Made by a program: the position numbers and the translations under genes. From Tubiluchus corallicola (taxonomy: Eukaryota; Animalia; Priapulida), in assembly GCA_030141605.1 (NCBI GenBank), contig JAQGDQ010000417.1:1-64000 (forward strand): a stretch of DNA of 64,000 nt, given 5' to 3'. This document shows, one piece after another, positions 53,501-64,000 of the stretch (position 1 is its first letter; each line of letters begins with the position of its first letter). Under the pieces are notes generated by a model that saw only the letters and a list, made by a program, of their open reading frames with translations, did not search any database and was not told the origin of the DNA.

Positions 53501-56500
53501 TTATATTGCCATAAGCACATAACTTGCTAGATAATCATCTTATAAAACTTATTATAAAGAATGCAATTAAACTCAAGAACATTCACAATGAAATCTTCAC
53601 TACAACTTACAATGAAAATTAGGAGTAATCTGTGAAATATAATCAATAACATCGGCCCAGTCCTCTTCTACAATGTCACTCACTAGAGAAGCGATACGCT
53701 CTTTCCTATCGTCGGTTTTAATATTTTCTATGTCTTCGCTATCCGTTTCTTCCGTTTCAATTTTCTTGAGGAGGTCACTAATGCTTCTCATCGATTCATC
53801 AAATGACCCCTTTGATTCGAGTGTTTTACCAGATTCGCTTGGATGTTTTTCCTGGTCGATTGCGTCGTCAAATGACACCCTGCAATCGCGTGATGCCAGT
53901 TTATCGTCATAGGTGACGTCAGATGACACCTTTGACTCGTTATAAGTGATTGATTCCGAGGGCTTTTCGCAAACAGTGTCATCAGCTGATGCGTTAGACT
54001 CGTGGACTGATGGTTTTTCGTGGTCAGTAGAACAAGAATAGTTGAAATCGGTTTTGTCAGAAGCGTCAACAGAAGCTTTGCTTTCGTCTTCTTTGACAGA
54101 AACCGAACCTTCACTTTCTTTACATTCCTCAGCTGGTTTTTGCTCGACTTTCGCAGTGTCAGTGTCCTCTTCGTAATCAGAATCGCTCTCTATTGAACTT
54201 TCCGGAGACTTCCGTAGCTGTGTCTCGGAAAAATTAGCATCCAACTTTTCAGAAATCGAACTCGTTCTGGCCGAGTCAGATACCTGTGCCGGAGACTTGT
54301 GAAACAATACCTTCTTGATGGCCGCTTCTGCAGGCGATTTTTCTTCGTCGCCAGCTTCGGACACAATTTTCTCACTCTCGGTATATTCAGTATATTCAGT
54401 GGACAGTACAAAGCTATCCATGCCATTTTTAAGTGACTCCTCTTCTGGTTTTTTCAAGATTGTTATTATGTTATGTAAAATTTCGGCTTGTAAGCCAGCA
54501 TTGCCTTGACGAAGGACATCTAACACCAAACTTGCCGCTTCTTCTCTTACAGTTGTATGCAAACTGCTGAAGAGAGTAAATGCTGACCGAATCACTGCGT
54601 TGTTCATCTTCATACCTTCTTTCTATAATAATAGGTAAGACCGGATTTTTACCAGGTGGTGTAAAACCAAAGCAAGAGATCCTCTTTAGCAAAGACCGGA
54701 CCAAATCTTAAACTGTAGGTCAAAACAATCTACTGCTTGAAATATTGAAAGGAAATGTACTATTTCGTCAAAAATGACTCACGTGAAAGAATTATTATCA
54801 CTCAAACACAATTTAGTGCCACTAGTTCTTCACTGTTACATGCATTTTGCTTGTGCTAGTTAGACGGGCACTAGCGCCTGCATTTCGGAAACACATTGCA
54901 CAATAATAGGTGCGGACCGCTCAGTTCAGATGTGTTATTTTGTGATGAACTACACCTGTTTGACAGCTCATGCTTGAGTACAGTGGTAAATTTGAATTTT
55001 TGTCTTAAAACTTGCCTAGTTTTAATACAATACACTGAATATTTCACAGTAGCACTGTACTTCAATTTTAACTTTCACAAACACGTGCAACATGCTTGTG
55101 GAATATTTTTGCTGTTGAAAATTATGTTAGTTTACTTTATGATGTCATCAATTAAGTTTTTAATCTATTATAATATTTGATAATCAGAAACACTTTTGCA
55201 GTATTAATTGTGTTAAAATATATACTTTTTATCCGATTTGAAAATGGGATATGAAAAATCATGCTGTCTTCCCTTAAAAACACATTGATAAAATGTAGTC
55301 ATAAAGTGTAGTCATATATTATATTAAAACAGGAATTATTAATACTTCTTTCCCTACAATTTTGCAAGTAACACATTAACAGAAAATTATTTTTAAATAT
55401 AAGCATCAGTGAAATGTAATACATCATTTTTGACAACACAGTTTTGCTGTTTTGCAGACGATAAACGTATAAATAGGTACTAGTAGAAAAAGCATTTATA
55501 ATATCAATGTCAATAAACCGAGAAATTTGAGACCTGAACTTTGGAAACTTTCAAATATTCCTGTGCTGCCTAATCAAAATACTTACTCGAATCAGTAATA
55601 CCGTATTTATTCGAGTATAACGCGCACACGTGACAAACGTTGTTGAACACGTGCGGCCATGATAAAAATCATTTATTGACAACGTAAAGTAAACTATGAA
55701 CACAAATCTGCTGATGACGCAAATATAGTTGATTATTTCCTTAGCTACGCCTCGCCTCTGCAGTGAGTGTTGCTCACGAGCCATTGAGAATTATTTATTT
55801 TAGATCGTTCACGCAAGTGCTTTGGATACTGTTACTAAAAATAGACCATAGGCGTTTTGTGGGTCCAGAGATTTGGCTGCATTCAATGTTTTGCTATTGT
55901 GGTCAGCGATATCTTCGACTAATTTGGTATTGCACAAATAATATATTGATACATCTAAGTGTGTCACCCCAGCCCTCGTTTATAACGCACACCCAAACTT
56001 TGAGTTCTTTTTAGGTAGAAAATTTTGCGAGTTATAATCGAATAAATACGGTACTTGTTCTAGTTTCAGAGTTTAAATTTCAGAGACAGTTTTAAGGTAG
56101 GCTGCTAATAAAACAATGAGAGTGACAGCAGACAAAGAGATAAAAATGGCAATAACATGATATCGTATTATAGTGTACTGTTAATTAGTTTTTGAGATAT
56201 ACTCACATTCATAGTACGAAGGCTGTCTGTTGACAGGTGCTGACATCTATGGTGCTTTGCTAACATCAATTGAGTGAACGCTTTCATAACCTACAGTGAT
56301 AATAAACACTTAATATCTGACCTTGCAGCTGACAATAAGCCTTTTCACATTCCAGCGATTGATGATGATCGTTAGAAGGTCAAAGGATAAGTGTACAAGA
56401 CAACGCTTTCGTGTACACTTGGCAATGCCTTGTAGCCCATGCTATTGTAATAGTAACAGTTTTAATAGCTAGCTAGAATCTTACCTAGTTCATTTTTTCC

Positions 56501-58159
56501 TGTTCTCAAGCAAGATCCTGCTAGTAAATCACTCTACGCACAGAGTAATGCATAATTAAGTAAAGTCCACATAGAACACTGAAGGTACTGAACTGATGCT
56601 TTGCGTTACCCACATGTCATGTAACAATTGTAGTTAAGACTCGTTGCTGTGGTACACTTAATCTTTGACCTACAGCAACTGTGCGTGTGCACAATGAAAC
56701 TATGAAAAGGCCTATTGGTGATGTCATATCACTATTTCTTAGTGTAATAGAAACTAGTCCGGCATGCAATACACTGGGGTATTTGCTGTTAGCATTTTTT
56801 TCTGCCCAGCTGCCTGGATATGTCATTTAAAACGGCATCTGTTTTTTTCGTTAAAATTTAAAATATAGAGTAACTCTATTGTGATGTCACAATGCAAAAA
56901 CTTGCTGAAAACTTGTTACATGAATGAGACTGGCATCACGGTGAGATAGACAGCTTTATGGAGTTACTTTGCAAGCGAGCAACTGAAATACACGTTTTTA
57001 AAAAGCAGATCAAATGTTTCTCTCAGCTGCCAGATTGATCTATTTTATTTATTAATGTTTAGATGACTACATAACCAATTACTAAAATAATAATATTAAT
57101 GTTTAGACGACTACATAACCATTTACTAAAATAATAATATTAATGTTTAGAGGACTACATAACCAATTACTAAAATAATAACATTAATGTTTAGAGGACT
57201 ACATAACCAATGACTAAAATAATAATATTAATGTTTAGAGGACTACATAACCAATTACTAAAGTAATAACATTAATGTTTAGAGGACTACATAACCAATT
57301 ACTAAAATAATAATATTAATGTTTAGAGGACTACATAACCAATTACTAAAATAATAACATTAATGTTTAGAGGACTACATAACCAATGACTAAGATAATA
57401 ATATTAATGTTTAGAGGACTACATAACCAATTACTAAAGTAATAACATTAATGTTTAGAGGACTAGATAACTAATGACTAAAATAATAATATTAATGTTT
57501 AGAGGACTACATAACCAATGACTAAAATAATAATATTCATCAATAAGGTTCCTACATTGTCTGTACGTGTATTCTAGTTTGGTAACACGTTTCAACTGGC
57601 TTCAATCAGCTGTTATTTCGTTCCCTCCCAACAGATGGCAATTTTAAACCCACGTGCGTTATGCAAAAATGACAATTTAGTGATAATTCGTAGAGCTGAA
57701 ATAAGTCTTATTAGAGATGATGTATACTTGTGTCTGTTGGCGTACATCGCTTGAAAGTACTGCTAGAACAGATCGAGCCATGTCTATAGACTTGTCACAG
57801 TGTGTCCTGCCCATATACTCTCCGATAATACGAATACCTAAAATAAAGGAAGTGACTAATACAGATGACATCTTTATTCATCTTATACTTTAAATAACAG
57901 TTCATATAATTATTATGCTGCAACATAGTTCACCTGTTGATTCCACAGTATGGGAAGTAACAACAGGGGCAAAGAAAAGAAACAGACAGAATGACAGGGG
58001 GTGTGTGAGAGAGACGGAGAGAGAAAGAGAGAGACGGAGAAAGAGAGATAACGGGAGAGAGGGAGGGAGGGAGATAGAGAGAGAGAGAGACAAAGAGGGA
58101 GAGAGAGAGAGGGGGGAGAGAGAGAAAAAGAGAGAGAGGGAGGGGAGAGAGAGAGACAA

Positions 58160-58191
<32 letters not shown>

Positions 58192-58302
58192 GCAGAGAGG
58201 AGAGATGGGGAGAGAGAGAGAGGGAGGGAGAGAGAGAGGGGGGAGAGAGAGAAGAGAGAGGGGGAGAGAGAGAGACGGGGAGAGAGAGACGGAGAAAGAG
58301 AC

Positions 58303-58346
<44 letters not shown>

Positions 58347-61094
58347 AATGTAAGGGATGGATCAAGTGAGTCAGAAGCTATCAAGTCAATCAATACATCG
58401 ATACAATCACATTTTCAATAAATTCTCACCATTATACTTGCAAACAGCACGAATGAACTTTTTTCCAGCCCATGAAAGTTTAAGCAACAGCGCCAGTGCC
58501 ATGCACTTGTCATTCACGTGACAATGATTGCCTGCGATAGTTTCTAGTAGACATTGTATTCCTCCCATAGTGGCAAACTCACTCATATAGCTATGGCTGC
58601 AAGGTAGAAGAAAAAAGCTATAACTACTAGGATTACCTAGAAGCCAATTGCTACAAGTTGTTTAATAGATTAGACAATCTAGATTAGCTTGCCCATAGCT
58701 AGATTATATTAGAGATAAAATTGGCGTTATTTTGTCACTTAGACACGCTTACATATTTTGACATGTTTACAAGTGTAAGAAAAATTCTCCTTAAGGCTGG
58801 AGCACATTAAGAAAACAAATATTTAACAAAATAAACAACTTATTTCTAGAGAAGTGTGTTCCAAAAAAACAGAAAATTGTACACATTGCAGATGTTGAAT
58901 ATAAATTAGTAGCAGCACACCAAACACTTTATTAACACATTAATACTTCATTAATACATTAATAGTGACATACTGATGTAGCAAAGAGCTATGCAGATAC
59001 TACTTAAGGCTCCCTGATGCCCCGCTGCACAGGGTTGCCATCTTGTATGATACTGATTGTCGTATTGGACGCTAAAATTGATCATATTTTCCACCAAATT
59101 ATTGTGCCAAAATTCAAAGCTATTGCGTTATTGCAGGAAATTATTATTAATATGTACTTAACAAGTAACTATAACACCAAAAAGTGGCTTTAACAAGTGC
59201 AAAATTAAATTTATAAAAACACATTAAAATCTGTGCATATGCAGGATCGAGGAATATCGTCGTCATCACGAGCATTCTTTTTTAAAATTACTGCTTTTTT
59301 CAAGAAACTGTGACCACTATAGCGACCAGTATGCTTCAGGCGACATATTTTTTACTTCATAAAGGTTAGCAATAATCACATGTCGCAATTTTTGAAACTT
59401 GTTTTTTGTTTCGCACTGAAATTATCGTATATTTGTCGACTATCGTGTAGTCTCGTTTCATAGGGCATGAAGCCTTAGGCTCAAATTATTGTATATTTGT
59501 CGACTATCGTGTAGTCTCGTTTCGTACGGCATGAAGCCTTGGGCTCAAATTATCATATATTCCAATAACTATCGTACAAACAGCAACCTATAATATGCCC
59601 GTGCTAATTGCACCTGTTGATGGTCAGAGCCGGGTTATGACTTACCTTTTGGGGGCTTCTAGGCTAATGAAATTATACACATATTTCAACACAATTGTAT
59701 TGGAAGAACAGATAATTACTAAATGCTACCAAAGCTTGAAAGCCCCCCAAGTTTAAGTGGCCCTATAGGCTGCAGCCTATACTAGCCTATTGGATAAATC
59801 GGTTCTGTTGATGGCACCATTAGTTATATCACCTCATTTATTAAACGCACAAAAATTTATGAACATGATGAAGATCAATATCTTACCTGGCCAGAGATGA
59901 AAAGAATATTCGCAGTGACTCAAATATCACCACCAAGTCTGCGTGTGTAGCATATCTGTGAACTAGATGTCAAGGAAGGAAGAACTTTAATCGAATGGGA
60001 CAAAAACACATCAACGAAGACAGAATTATAATTACGAAGACAGATTCATAATCGAGTTGGAAAAAACATTGCCTGTAATATTGTAGAATCATAACATGCA
60101 AACAACATGAGCAGTGCCACCTATTGGCAGTTAATTTGTAGTAACGTCAGATGTTTTTACTTTAAGTAAAACCAAAGTAGATGTGTAATTACCTATTTTT
60201 AGTGGAATTTTTACGTCCTATGCCTCAGCAGTTTGTAGATTTTATAGCATACCATTTCTAGAAGCACTATAATACATGCTGTAACTAAAATGTGCATTTA
60301 AGCAAAGTTAAACAGCTTGTAAAAACAAATTTAATTTTGTACTGCAACGTAGCTATGACATTTGTGTAAATGAAATTATCGTAGTAATCAAAATGAAGAA
60401 ACTGAAGTTGTTTAAGTCAAGTGGAGTACTTGGGTATTTAATAAGCCTTTCTTCAGAACATCCAAATACGTTAAACAACCGAGGTTAAACAACTCAGGAC
60501 TTGATTAGTACTTAGATGGATGACTGCTTGGGAAGAACAAGCGCTGTAGACTTTTTATGTGTTTGTAATATTATATGCTAAAAATTTATGTTTACAACTT
60601 GAAGAAAACATAATAGTTTGTCAACTTGTTCTTTCTTTTATGGACCTAACCGTATTTTTTAAATTTCACTTGAACAACTTATTAAACAACATAATCGCTA
60701 TAAAAATATTATAAGCTTTTGCAGCAGCTTTAAAAGGTTGAACGAAAACCTAATGCAGTGCAAAAGATAGATGTTTAAATTGTTATGAAAGCCACAAGCT
60801 TATAAATTAACTAAGTGAAGCCACAATAAATGAATTATTTTTTGGATACATGATTCGATACCAAGCCGTAATCCGTATCAGCAGCAATATGCCACAGTCT
60901 GCCATCTCCTTTTCCAAGTCTATCCCCTTTTTCCCTTTGAAAAGAGTGATAAAATCCATGAGCATGGTGTGTCGCATCGTATCTGAGCCGTCGTTCCATT
61001 CTTTGAGAAGTGTCCTCACACGCAGCGGGGTCAATTTAGGTCCGATAGGGTCTCCGTACCAGTATTCACCAGATTTAGGCCTGGAGGCTGTCAT
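50583..61094 (-). CDS. ARMH1: Armadillo-like helical domain-containing protein 1 (C1orf228)-like, about 669 aa; complement(join(50583..50675,51473..51559,51798..51843,52781..52877,53611..54622,56207..56290,57728..57837,58430..58596,59887..59955,60850..61094))
   Basis: Ten phase-consistent GT-AG exons (2010 nt). LLKEWNDGSDTMRHTMLMDFITLFKGKKGIDLEKEMADCGILLLIRITAWYRIIY, YMSEFATMGGIQCLLE, VCKYNGIRIIGEY and CQHLSTDSLRT are colinear with recalled human ARMH1 (FLQEWDN..LRITY, YLIEFLEVGGVLTLLE, ICESYGVRSIAEF, AQQLSLQTLRT). The last four exons and the start codon are less certain. Confidence 0.78.
50770..51172. mobile_element. Tc1/mariner (Tigger-like) MITE
   Basis: TIRs CAGTGTTCCCTC / GAGGGAACACTG; TA on both flanks. 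Confidence 0.88.
53200..53426. repeat. GA-rich degenerate microsatellite
   Basis: Directly visible; recurring GATGAGGAGGGGAGGGGAGA. Confidence 0.9.
55601..56051. mobile_element. Tc1/mariner MITE
   Basis: TIRs CCGTATTTATTCGAGTATAAC / GTTATAATCGAATAAATACGG; TA on both flanks. Confidence 0.9.
56335..56740. repeat. Dispersed repeat (~400 bp); second copy at about 63187-63585
   Basis: ATAAGCCTTTTCACA..GCAAGATCCTGCTAGTAAATCACTCTA..ACCCACATGTCATGT is shared. Confidence 0.85.
57050..57537. repeat. 44-bp tandem repeat, about 11 copies
   Basis: Unit AATGTTTAGAGGACTACATAACCAATTACTAAAATAATAATATT. Confidence 0.96.
58005..58343. repeat. GA-rich microsatellite
   Basis: Directly visible. Confidence 0.93.
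59625..59807 (+). mobile_element. Short hAT MITE
   Basis: Ends CAGAGCCGG / TCGGTTCTG; flanks TTGATGGT / TTGATGGC (7/8). Confidence 0.75.
59956..60849 (-). other. Probable U12-type (minor spliceosome) GT-AG intron
   Basis: Donor GTATCCAA; branch point TTCCTTGAC (59977-59969) with the branch A 14 nt from the intron end; no polypyrimidine tract; splicing restores the ARMH1 frame. Confidence 0.75.
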
Positions 61095-61470
61095 TTTGTT
61101 CCAGGTTCTAGAACTATAGTAGACGAGATATGATAAATTATCAGTTTAAAACAGTAACAAAAACACTAGAAAACTTTAGGGATACCCATTTGTTTCTCAA
61201 ATCAAGACATATAGCATCACGAATAGTGTAGAAATCTTACATTGGTTGCCGTTAATGAACTTTCTAAGCTAATTATTCAAACATAAGGAACAATTGTTAA
61301 CTTTTAGAGGCAAGAAAATGTATATTTTGGACAGTAAATTAAAATGAAGTGGAGTCTAAACAATCGCCGATCTTCCTTTAATAGTAATTTGCATTTATTT
61401 CCAAAGTCATTCAAAAGGTCATAAGATTAAGTAACTTTTGGGGTGTTTTACACATTGTTGACATGGTTGT

Positions 61471-62408
61471 AGTATTCAATAACCCTAGTGTAGGCTGCTG
61501 CCTAGGGCCCCTGAAGCTGCAGTATCCAATAACACTAGTGTAGGCTGCTGCCTAGGGCCCCTGAAGCTGCAGTATCCAATAACCCTAGTGTAGGCTACTG
61601 CCTAGGGCTCCTGAAGCTGCAGTATCCAATAACCCCAGTGTAGGCTGCTGTGTAGAGCCCCTGAAGCTGCAGTATCCAATAACCCCAGTGTAGGCTACTG
61701 CCTGGGGCCCCTGAAGCTGCAATATCCAATAACCCTAGTGTAGGCTGCTGCCTAGGGTCCCTGAACCTGCAGTATCCAATAACCCTAGTGTACACTGCTG
61801 CCTAGAGCCCCTGAAGCTGCAGTATCCAATAACCCTAGTGCAGGCCACTGCCTAGAGCCCCTGAAGCTGCAGTATCCAATAACCCTAGTGTACGCCGCTG
61901 CCTAGAGCCCCTGAAGCTGCAGTATCCAATAACCCTAGTGTACGCCGCTGCCTAGAGCCCCTGAAGCTGCAGTATCCAATAACCCTAGTGCAGGCCACTG
62001 CCTAGAGCCCCTGAAGCTGCAGTATCCAATAACCCTAGTGTAGGCTACTGCCTAGGGCCCTGAAGCTGCAGTATCCAATAACCCTAGTGTAGGCTTCTGC
62101 CTAGTGCCCTGAAGCTGCAGTATCCAATAACCCTAGTGTAGGCTACTGCCTAGGGCCCTGAAGCTGCAGTATCCAATAACCCTAGTGTAGGCTACTGCCT
62201 AGGGCCCTTAAGCTGCAGTATCCAATAACCCTAGTATAGGCTGCTGTCCAGAGCCCCTGAAGCTGCAGTATCCAATAACCCTAATGTAGGCTACTGCCTA
62301 GTGCCCTGAAGCTGCAGTATCCAATAACCCTAATGTAGGCTACTGCCTAGTGCCCTGAAGCTGCAGTATCCAATAACCCTAATGTAGGCTGCTGCCTAGG
62401 GCCCCTGA
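61471..62408. repeat. 50/49-bp tandem repeat, about 19 copies, at one end of a hAT-like element whose other TIR ends at 62772
   Basis: Unit AGTATCCAATAACCCTAGTGTAGGCTGCTGCCTAGGGCCCCTGAAGCTGC; GGGCCCCAAAAGGTCATAATTCAGCCCTG at 62744-62772 matches the 59625 MITE end in reverse. Confidence 0.93.
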
Positions 62409-64000
62409 ATCTTTGGGGATGGGGAACTGGAGGGCTCTGTTAAAAGATTTTTAAATTACATTTTTTTGAAAAATGAGTATAATATTTTAATATTCTGCAT
62501 TGCTAAACAATTCATTTAACTTAAAAAAATAATATTCCCATTTTAAAAAAGTGGCTCCTGCTGTGGCTCCTTATTTGGGATAAGGAGCACCTGTTTGAGG
62601 CCTTTTATTTGAGATAAAGGTCCCTTACTTGAGGCCCTTTATTTGAGATAAGGGCCCTTGTTTAAAGTCCTTTATTTGGGGAGTTCGAGCACATTACAGA
62701 GTGGCTCCATCCAAGAGGAAGCCCCATAATTTCATTAGCCAACGGGCCCCAAAAGGTCATAATTCAGCCCTGACTGCAAAGCTATAATTAAAAATTGGCA
62801 AACACAAACAACAATATCACATTTAAGACATAAGTTGGATGCAAGACATTAAGATTTAAGTTGGATTGTCGCTACTTAGCTATCGTGGTTTTTAGGGCCT
62901 GTAGGCTTACTCACCGTTAAAAGGATACTTCAATATGTCTTCTTGTTGTTGATTATCAATACTGTGATGCCGTTTGCCTTGTAAAGTTCTCAGCATAATT
63001 TCACGGCTAATTTTCTTCCCTTTTTCAGAAATAGTTCCACAAGAACTCCTTCTTTTTCATCACAATCACACACACAATGATGAATGGCAAAATAATGGCT
63101 TTAATCATTCATTGTGTTAATTGTGACACGACTGTTCATTATTCATTGTTAATTGTCGTTTCCGTTTTTCATTGCTTTTGGTTATATAAGCCTTTTCACA
63201 GTCTCAGCGATCGATGATGACCGGTAAAAGGTCAAAGGTTAAGTGTACCAGCCAATGCATTTGTGTACACTTGACAACGCTTCGTAGCCCAAGCTATTGT
63301 AAGAGTAACAGTTTTAACAGCTAGCTAGGACCTTACCTAGTTCATTTTTCTTGTTCCTAAGCAAGATCCTGCTAGTAAATCACTCTATGCATAATTAAGT
63401 AAAGTCAACGTAAAACAACTGAATTACTGAACTAATGCATTACTTTACCCACATGTCATGTGACGGTTGTTGCTAAGACGCGTTGCTGTGCTATACTTAA
63501 ACTTTGACCTACACCAACTGCACATGCACACAACGAAACTGTGATAAGGCTAATTACATGATGTTTAATGATATCATGTGTTCTTCATTTGTGTAAGATA
63601 CTTTTTTATTGTATTCATGGCAATAAATTTTTTGTACTGCCTTCAAGATTCTTAAGGGTACAATCATAGATTTAAATGCCACATATGCAGTGTGACAGAT
63701 TGCTTGCCTGCAATACTTCAAGTGTGTTCAATAGGTCCCATCTTGGATTCAAGAACTGTTTTTGTCGTATGCTGTTTTTGTATTGTACAGTACAAGATTG
63801 CACCTATTGTTGTCTGACTTTTGATGACTTTTGCACCGTCTTCAAGATAATCAAAGGTATAACCGTAGGTTTAAATTGTCATGCTTGCACAGAGAGAGAT
63901 TACCAGACTGTATATCCAACAATACTTCAAGTGAGTCGCTCAAGGGCTGTTTTTGCCTAACAATCAAATGCAGGTTTTGTATCACACAACACAATGCCCA

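Noticed and set aside
57677-57727. Apparent frameshift or premature stop in the ARMH1-like gene after QTQVY
   Set aside because: A phase-0 donor CAA|GTATAC at 57727 spliced to exon 56207-56290 restores colinear homology, so there is no need to call it a pseudogene

Overview
AT-rich, repeat-dense genomic DNA from an invertebrate animal; it has spliceosomal introns and no prokaryotic features. I assembled four protein-coding genes by hand from splice signals and recalled homology. They are ARPC3 (+, 6 exons, 178 aa), PPM1D/Wip1 (-, 5 exons, 763 aa, convergent with ARPC3), a single-exon BTB-BACK protein with a MATH-like C-terminus (+), and an ARMH1/C1orf228-like gene (-, 10 exons, about 669 aa). 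The ARMH1-like gene carries a probable U12 (minor spliceosome) intron and a long acidic insertion. An orphan exon encoding a signal anchor lies at about 12.5 kb. The rest is microsatellites, minisatellites (72, 24, 85, 68, 44 and 50 bp units), many non-autonomous hAT and Tc1/mariner elements with visible target-site duplications, a PIF/Harbinger deletion derivative and a decayed PHD-APE LINE. Most long ORFs in the ORF track are simple-repeat artefacts. I found no convincing novel multi-gene system. The best leads are the U12 splicing signals, the BTB-BACK-MATH architecture and satellites arising inside DNA transposons. Homology calls come from memory, not database searches.
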